A stretch of 63,142 nt of DNA, filler included, from Octopus bimaculoides (Eukaryota), in NCBI RefSeq assembly GCF_001194135.2. It is 3 parts of 3 records of this genome, joined end to end, with 100 filler letters (N's around TTAATTAATTAA, not from the genome) between each part and the next. Parts side by side here need not be neighbours in the genome. Positions count along the whole stretch, not along the records: positions 25,568 to 50,938 come from NC_068982.1; 2 more parts are not named here. One strand, 5' to 3'. Within the stretch, counting starts at the first letter, position 1; every line of letters begins with the position of its first letter. Below, piece by piece: positions 25,611 to 39,850 of the stretch. The notes below the pieces were generated by a model. That model did no database searches. It had not been told where the DNA came from and saw only the letters and a list, made by a program, of their open reading frames with translations. The position numbers were made by a program, and so were the translations under genes.

Positions 25611-26804
25611 CGTGTGCGTGTATAAGTTAGATTATATCGTAATGTTGTAATGTGTATAAAGCATATTAATTGGTGTCACGCTTTCCGTTATAGTTGAAAT
25701 TACTGAATTCCTGTTTTGCGTACTTCTGTGCCTTTAAGAAATGGAATGAATCTATACTTGTTAATAAACCACATCTTTAACGAGTCGAAAACTATTGAAT
25801 ATCTTTAACTAAACATTAACATACCTTCTGAGATTATGTATTTTTAAAATTCTTGTGTAGCTTGTGTTGATTTAATGCACATTCAACTATTCATACGTAA
25901 TCAAAGGTTGCTCATACACTACTTAGAAATATCACAAAGTAGGGAGATGTTAAAGAAGTACTGCGAACGTATTGTGAGACTCTCAAAGATAAATGTGTTT
26001 TCTTTAAATTCCACTACCTCACCATAGAATAATGTTTATTTTCCTTTATTTCATGGGAATAATTAAGAGGAAAAAACATGTTTAGAATAAAATACTGCAA
26101 GTAGAGTTCTCGAAACGAAAGCATTTTAAAGAACATAGTATTGTAATTCCACTTCAGAATCTCATAAAATACCAAGCAAAAACATGAACTGTATCAAAGG
26201 AGAAAGAAAGAATACAGGAAAACGTTAACACTCTAGGATTAATTCAATTGAATTTGAGAGTCTTTGTTTTATGTGATCCAAGCTCACACTATAAAGAATT
26301 TGACATTGTGAGGAATTTAACTGAAATTTTAACAGCTTTTATCTGAGAATGCTTCACGAACATAAGATGAATTGAAATATGCCAATTATTTTTGTATTAC
26401 ACTTAAAGCAAAAATATAATTTCTTTCAAACATGACGACGAGAAAAAGATTATTTAACGACGTCCTATCCAAATTAATGTCAGAATCAAATCTTTATTAG
26501 GAGCAACATGTGGCTACCTATTATTTTAAGACATGACAAAATGTTTTAATTACTTGGAATGAAATATCAGTTTACCTTAAAATCGATTAATTTTTAACAT
26601 TCTTTGTAGTTGCACGTACCACATTAATTAACTCTCGCAGTTAGGATTTAAAATTTTTATATTATAAATCAGTCAGTGGTTATATATGATATATGTGTGT
26701 GTTTGTCAGTTAAAGTAATGAGAAACTGGTCATAATATATTTATTGAGTAACAGATGTCTTCAAAGTGGGATATGTTGACAGAATAACAGTTCTTTAATG
26801 CAAA

Positions 26805-27250
26805 GGTACGACTTAATATAGTTTTCATCTCAAGCAACACATCTGCGCCATCTTTGAACCCAATTCCCGAATCCTGAAAGAAATTCAGCCGTTCACTATT
26901 TTACACATTTCTCAAGAACCACTGTCAAGTAGTATATGACATCAATTGGTTGTCCACGAAGACAAGACTTGATTGGAAAGTTTAAGCGAGTGTAAAAGAA
27001 TGGGTACATCCAGACTGTACCTTGGATGAACAACCACTGACCAACTCAACTCACTGATTACCGGATTAATTGCCAAATATGTGTGTTGTTGTGTGGTAGT
27101 GCATTGTCTGGCGCCCTCATCTAAATATCGTTTCTAAGCCATTTCAGTTTCTCAATACACTATTCAATGATCGGAGTACAGTGAGTTTCCAGAATATCCT
27201 TGACAGCAACACGCTTGTTATCTACCAAAACATTCACTATGTCTGTGCCA
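26805..27250 (-). pseudogene. degenerate mariner transposase C-terminal remnant, family C
   Basis: Reverse strand gives PDNALPH (HDNARPH-like), VVHPRYSLDVP (HPPYSPDLAP-like) and GNWVQRWRRCVA*DENYIK (C-terminal RW.KCV..G.Y motif). Confidence 0.75.
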
Positions 27251-27397
27251 GTAGCTGGTCCTTGAAGCTCTTAGACTAAGGAAAAGAGATCAGATGTCAT
27301 TCCGTAAAATGAGCTTTTGGTTACGTATAATAAAGATATTCCTTTACATTTTATCTTTCACTTATTTCAGTCTAATGCTGTGTTCGCATCCGATGCA

Positions 27398-27440
27398 TTA
27401 TTATTATTATTATTATTATTAATATTATTATTATTATTAA

Positions 27441-27508
<68 letters not shown>
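27398..27508. repeat. (TTA)n microsatellite
   Basis: Direct reading. Confidence 0.97.
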
Positions 27509-27511
<3 letters not shown>

Positions 27512-29087
27512 ACAAACCCCTCCCTTGTCATCGTCATCGCCATCATCTTCATTGTCAATTAATTGACAGAATATGCGTACCGTCTCAGAGCCTGGTGGCA
27601 GGTCCGTTTCAGCAAAGTAGAAATTATCACGCAGAAAAAAACTATGTGTTTCAGTTGTTTGCAATATATAGTTAGTGATATACGTGTAATGTATATCAAC
27701 ACAAATATTATTTACTTAGAAACCACTCACAAATAGATTTAGGTTTGGGATTTTATTATTAGATATTCTCACTGAGACCCAAAGTTTCATCAAATAATAA
27801 AGACAACGAATACTGGACGAAGCAACCTGTCGTTTTGAGTTGTTATATAAAATGACCGTTCACTCTCCGTAGTATTGTTAGAGAAGAGAATCCAAAGAGT
27901 AGATGCCAGTAAATCTGTGAAGCAGTCGCGTACAAATATACTTGTGGTAGAAAGATAATAGTTGAAGCAACTTATCTAGCAAGAACAAGAAAAACATCAA
28001 TATTAAAACTATACAGGCAAATAACTTAACGAAACCGTTTTCCAGGAAGTGAGCACTGCGTTCATGTTCGTAACATAAAATGACGACTAGGAGGACAATT
28101 GTCAATATCTCTTAAAGACTCTTCACTCACTTTGCACACAAGAATAAAATTCTACAAAGAATTGTTCTTCAATTTGTCTATATCTCTAAAATAAAAAGTA
28201 ACGATGGTGCCATCGAAAGGAGAGGCTGTTCTGTACCGAAAACATGAGGTGTGAGTGTCCTTCCCGAAAGGAAATTCGGTACTCTTGTCTGTGAACATCA
28301 GTAAACTTTTGCATAACGTATTGGGCACGTTGTCAAAATTAGTGTAGACTCATTGAAATGATCTTACTCAGTAGTGCTTGTGGGAGACAGCAAGGATGTA
28401 CACCTGGAGTATGTGGACGTAGTCCATATGCTTAAAGTATTTAATCTCATTAATCTCATATATCTTCTCAGATTGTTCCAATAGATTAACAGATACTGTC
28501 TTGATTTTCCATATGTGCCAACATGGATTTCGCGAAACCGCAGCGAACTAACAATGTATGTAGAAAGTTTCTATATAATTACACTTGGTCTACCTTATCA
28601 TGCACATGTAGAAACGAGCAAGAGAAAATACGTTCCTACGTAATCCACAATAATTTATCATAGTCTGACGGTTTCATTGGGCGCAATAAATGTTATACAA
28701 GCTGTAGTGTCTTCCGTTGTATTTATGATGGAACTGAACATTATTTCACTGAAATGACATTATTTTAAATTCCTTTAAGTTAAAATTTTGATATTTATAT
28801 CTGACTTAGATTCAAAATACGGCAAACAGTTTTTGATGCATAAATATAATTCAAGATGAATTTAGTCGAGGAAGTCATTCTCTCCATATTCACTTGCTAA
28901 ATTATCTGTTCTGATATTGCCTTCATTAAAGCTAATTTCATAGACTGCATCGACTAATTGGCATTACTCTACTAATTGTTTAATGATGCTGCAAAGGCTA
29001 TTAACACACGCTGGTGATTCATTAGATTTCATTACATTCTAACGTACAGCGCATGCACATTATTCGCATTTCACACCCAAATTGCTA

Positions 29088-29128
<41 letters not shown>

Positions 29129-30049
29129 CATACACATACATACATGTATATGTATATATATATAGTTGTATGCATGTGTATACATGTATGTGTTTATGTA
29201 TGTATGCATGTATGTATGTATAATTTGCCACTGATATATGCAGATTCCGCCATCATATTGGAATGAGCATAAATGCATATTATATAGGTTTATGATAATA
29301 ATTCCTTAACAAAGGAAAACTATCGACTGTCATGTACAGAAGAATCATGCATTCGCTTTTTGATCGTTGTTAGATTCATGGCATTTCACCAAATTGTAAT
29401 GATTTGAGCTATTTCAGAAGTCACAGCGATAGCGTTGGTTCTAAAAATCGTCTAATTTACTTTGATATTATCGCTTTTGCTCTATAATTGACTCAATTAT
29501 GATGGAACATAACGACTGGATTTGCAGAGACTGATATATAGAATAGTAAGATATAACAAATATAGTGCAAAAAGCAAAATCAGACTAATAAATTCATAAA
29601 TTCTTCTCTTCTGTATTTCATTTATATTTTCTATAATTTTATCTCTCTTTTTTTTTTTTGCGTGAATGATAAATCGGAAAACGGAAAATGTTTTGACGTA
29701 TTTAGTTGTTTGTTTTTACATTCTGAGTTCAAATCTGCTTTTAACTTTCCTCGTCACTAATATAGAAAATGCGAAGCGTACTGGTACCAAATAGAAACTG
29801 GTATGCGTCCTGTTATTTGTATGATTCGGGCGCGTCAGCTCAGACTGTTCGGCTAATTTTTACAAGTTAGATTTTCTGAGTTAGACTCTACTTACAGAGT
29901 TCTCTTCAGGAGGTTCCGCCTGGGTTGATGCTCCGTGTTGGTCTACAACATGCCACATGATCACGGCAAATGAGAGAGTATCTCGCAGAGATGGAAACTC
30001 CTTCTTTCTTCACGAACTCGTTGATGGCACGATGCGTCTGCTTAAAACC

Positions 30050-30570
30050 TAAAAGAGAGGTTGTTATGCAGGAAGAGTTAGGAGACCAACCTGTGCAATT
30101 TGGACGGATTATGTCAATACAATACTTTTTCTTTTGGGAGGCCCCGCGAATATCCAAGAAATGGTAAATGCTGCAACGCCCTCCAACAGTGCACGCCTCA
30201 ACATCTGACCCAACCTGTTAACATAAATAGCAGTAAAATTTGGATTCGAATACATTTCGTTGCACATCTAGAGGCAATCCCGACCTTTTCAAAAGCCTTC
30301 TTCATTTCTCATGATAGAAAACAATCTTTGAAGGAAATTCGTCTTTAAACTCCTTCATCAAAATCCCAAACAGTGGCATTATTAAAGAAAGTCCCTACAG
30401 TAATATACAAATCATATTATCGTACAAACCATATTATCCAAATCGAGCGACCAAGCATATGCCGAAAGAAAAAAGCAAATGTTGATATAACTTCTTTTTG
30501 GGATTGACATAGTTTGTTCAATTCGTACAAGTTTGTCTCGGAGTTCTTCCTGAATAGCAACTCTCTTTTA
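30050..30570. repeat. diverged inverted repeat (arms 30050-30118 and 30503-30570)
   Basis: Manual alignment gives 53/69 identities between one arm and the reverse complement of the other. Confidence 0.8.
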
Positions 30571-30634
30571 AATATCTTTCGCGATATCCTTTCTCTTTAT
30601 ATATCATATTCTACGGGTCTGATTGAAAGGGAGG

Positions 30635-30757
<123 letters not shown>

Positions 30758-31276
30758 TGCTGAGGATGATGGTGGTGGTGATGGTGGTGGAGATGGAGGT
30801 GTTGGCGGTGTAGGTGGTGGTGATTGGATAGTGAAAAGTGTAGTTTTCTTTTCTGAAATGAGCTAAGTTTTTTTTTCATATCACCTATCATTTAACGCAT
30901 GCGCATAAGTGCACTTGCATGAAATATTCACGCTTATATATGAAGATATATGCAAGTTCATTAAAGGTTGTATCATATATACGGGATATTTTTTGTTTAT
31001 GAGAAAAACGGAAAAGTAAAAGTGAATATTCATTTTATGATTGCTGTGTATTAAGTCTATAAAATTGTGCATAAAGTATATAAAGTGTATATATAAAGTA
31101 CTTTAAGTAATTATCGTATGCTAATTTCTTTCACTTTTCAATGAGTAACAGATAAACAACTATCTTTCCATACAGACACAATAGAGGCTACGCTTTCAGG
31201 GTTTTTGCATAAAGTATTCTGGAATAATCCAATAGATTTAACATTAATTCCATGAAATATTCACGGGCCTCACTAG

Positions 31277-31309
<33 letters not shown>

Positions 31310-31512
31310 GAGGTGGCGAGATGGCACAATCGTTACTGCACAGAGAAAACTGCTTAGCGGCAATTGGTCGGTCTTCATGTTCTGACTACTAATTCCGCCA
31401 AGATCGATTTTGCCTTTGTTCCTTTCGGGGTTTGATAAAATGTATTACGAGTTGAGCACTGGTTTCGATGTGATCAACCAGCCACCTTCCACAAAATTTC
31501 AGGCTTTGTGCC
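31310..31512 (+). mobile_element. SINE family 2, 3'-truncated, following (TTA)n
   Basis: gaggtggcgagatggcacaatcgtta...tgttctgactactaattccgccaagatcgattttgcctttgttcctttcgggg...caaaatttcaggctttgtgcc is collinear with 39441-39631. Confidence 0.8.
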
Positions 31513-32973
31513 GGTATTTGCTATTGAGAAGCTTCTGTTGCCGTTTATCAGTTAGAATATCGAAGGCAGCAGTTTTAGCACAGGTTTTCATACGTTTAGC
31601 TTTTCTGTGCTTGATCCTAGTGCGTCTAATTCTGAAATTTTCTGCATTTGGAATTCACTTAGATATTCCTTTGCCTGTTTTGTTACTGAGTATGATGCTT
31701 TCTTGTTTTCATACTTTGAGACGAGTTTTAACATCGAGTCATCAGAGTTTTTCAGATAGGTATGTAGGCCAATTGGTGGCAATCTTCATTGTTAATTTCG
31801 GTTGTAAAAGTCCACGGCCACCATCTTTTCTTGGCAGGTAAATTTGTTCTATAGCTTCCTTAGGGTGGTGCATTCTATGCATTATTAACAATGTTCGTAT
31901 TTTCCTGTCAAACTTGGTTATTTCAGTAATTGACAAGTTAATGATATTGAAACTGTAAGTCACAACTGGTATGGCTGAAGTATTGATCGCTTCGATCCTG
32001 TTTCTTGTATTCAGCTTTGTCTGAAGTATTGCCTTTACCCTGTGTTAACATTCTCTTCTGATACTTTCCCTCATCACTAAACGTTTGATTCCATCCCATT
32101 CAAATATCCCAAGGTATTTGTAGCTCTCTGCTGGTTCTAACTTCTTTATGACATTCTGCTGGTCAAGATTAACATTCGATGTTTCTGTCATTTTTCCTTT
32201 GATAAAGGTTTCATTTGCACATTTATCGAGGCCAAATTGCATCCTGATGTCATCAATGAATTGCGTAACAATCCCTAGTAAGCCCTGTAGTTGTTGGTCA
32301 TTTTTGGCAAAGAACATTAAATCATCCATGTAAATGGGATGCTTTATATTTTTATCGAGCAATTTCGAGAGAGGTATTAAGTCTAGTCAAAAGAGGAGTG
32401 GTGATAGAGAGTCACCCTGGAAAATCCCACTTGAAATTCTTACATCTCCAGCATTAAGAGATTCAATGTCACTGTTGAAAGTCGGTTTGGTTCTCCACGA
32501 TCTCTATATTTACAGACAAGAAGTTTCGCAGAGTAGGTGCTATTTTATTCATTTTCAGACATTTCTTACTCCAGCTACGTGGTAGACTATCAAAAGCTTT
32601 TTTATTGTCTATCCAGGCTATCAACAAGCTTTAGTGACGCTTGTGGCAATCTTCCAAGTTCATCTTATTCATGAGCAGCTGATCTTTACAACCATAGGAC
32701 CCATGTTTACATCCTTTTTGCTCATTAGGGAACATGCCACTTTCTATTAAAACATAGGTATATTCAGTCAAGACAGATGTTAGCATTTTGTACATTGTTG
32801 TTAAGCAGGTTATGGGTGTATAACTTTTTGGTTCATATGTTTCTTCATTGTTCGGAAGTAGGAATGTTACTCCATTAACACGCCAAGAGGGAATCATACT
32901 AGGTTGTTGCAAAACTTTGTTGTAAAGATTTGTTATCAGTTCATGGCTCTCTGGGAAGGCATTCAACCAGGAT
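31513..32973 (-). pseudogene. R4/Dong-clade non-LTR retrotransposon, RT-domain fragment
   Basis: YTPITCLTTMYK...NEQKGCKHGSYGCKDQLL...IAWIDNKKAFDS...IFQGDSLSPLLF...YMDDL...FGLDKCA...YKYLGI...DRKIRTLLIMHRMHHPK...YLPRKDGGRGL. These are characteristic R4/Dong RT motifs; the copy has stops and frameshifts. Confidence 0.92.
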
Positions 32974-32987
32974 TTATTATTATTATT

Positions 32988-33790
<803 letters not shown>

Positions 33791-34284
33791 GTTGCAACAG
33801 CAGCAGTTACAATATTATGTGTATGGCGGCGTCTCTAACATGTTCAGTTATTTTGCTTTCCATCCAACGTTACCATAAAATTCACATGTCACCCTATGTA
33901 ATGCCTGAATGCTATCACATAAATAATCATTCAATATATTTTGGTATTAATCAATATTTACACTATAAACATGTGTCTGTTAAAAGCCAGACATCTCACA
34001 TATATCTAATTGCACCCAGAAATACCTCAATCTGACTTATCGTTTCTGCTTATAAAACATACGCGAGTATTTAGTCCTGAAATCAATAATGACCACTACT
34101 CAATAATAAATTATTAAGAATATAGTAGTAATCTTACGGTACAGCAATTTTGATAACATAACTATTCTATCTATGAAACACACTGAAATTTTGATTTTCA
34201 GCGTATGTCGAAACTCAGAGCTATGCAAACTTGAGCTGTAGTACAAGATACCTTTTAATCGCTATGTTGCTAAGTTATTTGTTC

Positions 34285-34340
34285 TGTACACTACAAATAT
34301 TATGTACACTACAAATATTCCTTTGTACACTACAAATATT
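34285..34340. repeat. three copies of tgtacactacaaatatt
   Basis: Copies at 34285, 34303 and 34324. Confidence 0.9.
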
Positions 34341-34573
34341 CCTTAAACTTCATTATTGTGTATTTAGTTAGTTTCATTTTTATTCGCAAAGAGATCATCC
34401 CTGATCAGGTACACTTTGTGAGCTTTATATAAAATGCACTGAAAGCGATAGTCTCACAATTTTCTGTATATTTGTTTTCCTTTTGTTTCCCCTAATATGA
34501 TAAAATGTGGTTTGTATTTCTTGTACTTCATGTTAGAACTTTAGTGAAGCTCGTACACACATACATACATACA

Positions 34574-34607
<34 letters not shown>

Positions 34608-36119
34608 CATACATACATATAAACATATATACACAGGCATGTGCACGCGCACACACACACAGATAAATACGAGTTGAATGAACACAGAAAACGTAGCAGC
34701 ACTGAACGTATTTGCCTGGTGTTATGTAACTAATAGCAATTTGATTATATAAGGTTAGCTCCTTATTTTATGCCACTTCGTTCGGTCAATGTACCACCAG
34801 AGTCCTACAAAGAACCTTTCCGAACATGTGGGGATAAACTTAAACCAGATTTAACCTATAGAGTCCTACGGGGTTAGAAGCCATCTTGGATTTCTTTCAA
34901 TCCTTGAACTCTGCAGTCGAACATTTGATGAGATGGACGTTCCTTGCTCGCCAACTGGAAGTTTATTCGTACACATGCGCATTGATCTCCATCTCCTCGA
35001 AATTTCCATCTCCCAAAATTCACATGCATCTTTTCAAGATAAAGAAATGTGAGATCGAACCTCGGAATTATTTCTTTAACTTATCAATTTCTTATGCATT
35101 CAATGATTGGCTTCCTTATGGGGGATGCCTGAAATGTCTAACTGAATTTATGCATCATCAAAAAAAAAACCATTCATTTGAAAATAGAAATAAGTGCAAG
35201 AAAAGAGAAAAAAAACGTAAAAAAAAAGAAAGGAAAAAAGATGTGCGGAGACAAACTTTATCGTCTGCATGGATACCAATTTTAGCGTCTATCAATAAAT
35301 CTAAATTCATGTCTCACACTGATTTTCAGACTTTCAAATGTCTTCTCTTTAGTCTGGAATGTATCCAGCTTCAGGCATTTTTTTCCAGTTTTTTCTCCAT
35401 ATAATCATTATAATCTGACTATACTGATCAACTAAAATACGTAAATAAGTAAATAGATGAATAAATATATAATATAAGCTAGTTTATGATATGTATGATA
35501 CTGTAATTTAAATTGCGTTTTACTTCAGAACTATAATTATTTCGTCTTATATAATATTTCCACCTCCAAAGTATTGGACCATCAAAAAACATCAATTATA
35601 TCGCACCAATTCGTTGCCTAAAATAAATTATAAACTGCACGGCGTAATACTCAATGTAAATAAGTAATGCCTGGTACTCAGATGACACTTTGAATATACT
35701 CATGGTTCATCTGATTACGAGTCTCATTTAGTCAAATGTAAGTTGATTATATACTATCTACAAAGTCTGTAAATTCAGAAGTCCTGCATAAATTTTTAGT
35801 TATTTTATTGATATGAACTCCCCCAAGGCGAGATTTGAAGATGGTGTTTAATGACCCGGTGTGTGTTACACCTATGACTCGAACTGGCTTCTGAGAACAG
35901 TAAGAAGAAATATCAAAACATTCTCTGAGAAGAGTCTGGATTTTTTTTTCGTTACAACACAATGGACACTGCTGAAGGTATACACGGGTCAGGTGGTCAT
36001 GTTACGACGAGTGAGAAATTCCATATATAATCGAAGAGTAATGAACAACTCCTCTTTCAAGGTGGGGGTTGTCGTTCATTTTCGTATAATTTCCGTATAG
36101 ACAATAAAGCTCAAAAACG

Positions 36120-36195
36120 CCACGGTTGCTCCAAGGCTATAGCAGAAGACATGTACTCAAGGTACTGCACGGTGGAATCGAACCGGAAATCACGA
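36120..36195 (-). mobile_element. SINE family 1, 5' head fragment
   Basis: Reverse strand gtgatttccggttcgattccaccgtgcagtaccttgagtacatgtcttctgctatagccttggag matches the B-box/CORE-like region. Confidence 0.65.
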
Positions 36196-36686
36196 AACTG
36201 TAATCAATACTTTCTGTCTGAATTCACTTTTAGATCATAGATATGGAAAAGTCGTGACGCAATATGACATTTCTACGAGCTTACTTCATATTATTAATTT
36301 CTTTAATTTATGTCATTGATTCCACCCACTTCGTTGTGTCGATAAACTTCTAGAATTAATAGAAAATCAATATTATCAATATGTATGGAATAAGAGTTCC
36401 GAAAATTACCCAAGCTGAAGTTCTAGACTGTGCTATGATATAACATAATCACAGATGTTCAAATTGTGATGCAACAGACAGTCATTAATAAAAGCAGATG
36501 ACCTTTATATTAGGCTCCATTATGCACATTCGCTTTCTCAAATATAACTACTATGAAGGTTAATTTCTAGTTTTCGTACATACACAAACACCTATATACG
36601 AACATACATAGTGCACACACACACACACACACGCGGACAGACGCACACGCAAATAAATACTTATACATATATACACAAGCACACAC

Positions 36687-36772
<86 letters not shown>

Positions 36773-36908
36773 CGACCAGCTACTGCCTTCCCACACGTAT
36801 GACAGATTTCTTTTTCCGTCTCTTTCCATAACTGTTTGCTATCTGTTAAGATTTAAAATGTTTGTCAACGATGCTACCTTTATATATATAACGATATCAT
36901 CGATGACA

Positions 36909-36948
<40 letters not shown>

Positions 36949-37996
36949 CATATTATTATCTTTCCATTTCTTGTCTAGTGTCTATATATATATATACAAA
37001 CACACACACTATAGACATAAATAATGGGATATAAGCGTTTATATATTTATTTATTTATTTATTATAGCCTTGCAACTGCTTCAGATATACATTGGCGTGC
37101 GTTCAACTTTATGAAGCGATAGGTTAATCGACTAAGAACATAGAGAGCGTCCCAAGGAATAATATCTTTTTCAGAACAGAAACAAATCAACTGCTAAAAA
37201 AAGGAAGAAAATGAAAGAGAGAGGATGCAATTTGCTCAGCGTGGAATTTATATGGAACTAGGTCGCCTGTTTTCAGCTATCAACTTTTAAGCTATTGTTC
37301 CCTCAGACCACGGGTGAAGCATATTGACATCGAATAAAGAATTTGATACTCGACAACCACTTTATGATCCGTAGCTGGCTATTGTCGTTTACTATTATAT
37401 ATTTTAGAAACTATGTTTGATCAGAAACAGGCTTGTGGTGTTTACGGCTATACTTCTGGAAGCGACGTAAAGTGATTGAAGTATAGAAACGAAAAAGTAG
37501 CTATGGTGCCCTTAATTGTTTTATGCCTTGAAGCATCAAAGTTTATCTCCTTATTTCCTAGGAATTCAAATAAGTACAGATCAGTTAACAGAAATAGTTA
37601 GGTTTAGTAATGAAGGTTTATGATTAAATAAACTATAACATCACCACTTATACTACATTCATCTTGAATTAAAGAACTTCTTATCGTTGTTATAGTTGCA
37701 AGAAGAAGAGTGATATATATCATTCTAAAATAGGATGATATAGTTAATTATACAAGTTGTAGGTGAAAAAGGTAAGCCCAAAGTGGAATCAGCAAATCTT
37801 GAGGAAAACAAAAGCGATAAAATAAGAACAAGAGCACTTAGAGAGCGCAAACCTTCGCCAAGGCAACATCAACGTCATCTCAACGATTAGTGAGAGATGA
37901 TTTTTAAAAGACATGGATATGATGCACTCCGACTACTTCTGCTGATCAGTGATGCCCATATTATCATTACTATTGTTATTATTATTTTCATTATCA

Positions 37997-39370
37997 TCTG
38001 CTTTCAATTCTGTTTCCATTACTTGTCTAGTGTCTTCCTGGCACCTGGGACAGAGAAAACCACTGTATACATTGGTAGGCAATTAAAATAAACATACCAG
38101 GTTGTTCATTTTCAAAGTCATATGATGGAGGAAAAGGGGAAGAATGATAGAGAGAAAAAAAGGAAAATAAAGAAAATAAGAAAGTAAACAAAGAAAATAA
38201 AGGAGAAAATAGCAAGAAAATTCAACGCGACAACGCTCATCTGACTACGTGTGACGTGCCAGTTGAGACAATCTTTCGCACTTCCTGCATGGACGGTAAG
38301 TTAGGTATCATTCGTAATTTATTTCCAGCTCCTTTTTTTATCATTCCAAGTGTTCCTACAATCACTGGTATTGTAACCGTCTTGAGATGCCACTTCTTTG
38401 CGATTTCGATTAGCAAATCTTTAATATTTTCTGAGCTTATTAAATACTTTTGTCAAGATATGGTTACAAGGTATGCTCATGTCAATCAATAAATACACTT
38501 TAGTATTTTGGTCTTTCGGCACGATATCTGGTTTATTTACTTTGATGGTCCGGTCTGTACATTCTGGGAAGTCTCAAAAAATCGTTATATTTTCACTCTC
38601 AGTTACAGCCTCAGGGTGGTGCTTGTACCATTTGTCAGTAGTTTTGATTTTATAATGCCGACACATTATCGAATGTAGATATTGGTCAACTCTGTCATGT
38701 CTCGATATATACTGCACAGGTGCTAAAACCTTACACCCGGAGATTAGGTGGTTCAACGTTTCAATCCTATCGTTGCAGTATCCTCACTGTGGGTCTACAA
38801 CATTTTTCATCACACTGGTTTCATAGTTTCGGGTCAATAAGCCCTGATCTTGAGCAGCCAAGATAAAGCCTTCAATCTCTGCCTTTAGCCCTGAGCTCCG
38901 TAGCCATTGATGGGTGTACTTCTGGTCTATATCAGCTTGTTTGCTGCGGGCCAAATATTTGCCATGCGAAGGTTTTTGTTCCCACCTATCAACCAATTGT
39001 TCTAACGCATTTTGCCTTGCTATTGATTTCATCTTCTTTGCAACTACAGTTGCTGCTCTTCCTTCATGCTGTTCAACCGGAGTATTATGCATAAACTCAC
39101 TTGTAAATATTTTACTCTCCTTCATAACAGAATGAAGCTTCTTACATCTTTCATAGCTTTCAACGATCTTACGAATCCAGTCGTTAGTTGTTTCAAGGTA
39201 TTTTGCCAGTCCAATTGTGGTGGTTTTGTAAGAGATTTCCGATTGGATCAAGCCTCGAAATCCTTGAGCTCTGGGTAGATAAAAACGATCTTCGTCTGCC
39301 TTCGTGTGGTGCATCTTATTGCAAGTCAGCAGCTTACAATCTTCCTTATTTCGGTCATATTCCAGTTCAA

Positions 39371-39371
<1 letters not shown>
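37997..39371 (-). pseudogene. R4/Dong-clade retrotransposon, 5'-truncated 3' fragment (RT C-terminus, CCHC knuckle, RLE endonuclease, 3' UTR)
   Basis: KMHHTKADEDRFYLPRAQGFRGL...KPSHGKY...LKAEIEGFILAAQDQGLLTRNY...YCNDRIETLNHLISGCKVLA...RHDRV...NKPDIVPKD...LLIDMSIP. The 5' end abuts (TAA)n at 39372; degenerate TAA-like tail at 37959-37996. Confidence 0.92.
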
Positions 39372-39440
<69 letters not shown>

Positions 39441-39442
<2 letters not shown>

Positions 39443-39631
39443 GGAAGCAAACTGGCGGAGTTGTTAGTTCACTGGATGAGATGCCGCTAAGCATTTTATA
39501 TTTATGTTCTGTGTTCAAATTCCGCTGAGGTCGACTTTACTTATTATCCTTTCGTGGTCGATAAACGCTGGGGTCAAAGTAATCGACTACTCCCCTCTCT
39601 CAAAATTTCAGGCCTTGCACTTTTAGTAGAA
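39441..39631 (+). mobile_element. SINE family 2, following (TTA)n
   Basis: aaggaagcaaactggcggagttgttag...tgtgttcaaattccgctgaggtcgacttt...ggggtcaaagtaatcgactac...caaaatttcaggccttg...agtagaaat, then an (ATG)n/(GTC)n tail. Confidence 0.85.
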
Positions 39632-39650
39632 ATGATGATGATGATCATCA

Positions 39651-39686
<36 letters not shown>

Positions 39687-39798
39687 TCGTCATCATCAGC
39701 ATCATCACGATTAGGGCTAGAATGTGTAAAAGAATAAAAGTGTAATAGAATTATTGTTGTTGTTATACATCATTATCTTCGAAAATAAATATTACTTG

Positions 39799-39850
<52 letters not shown>

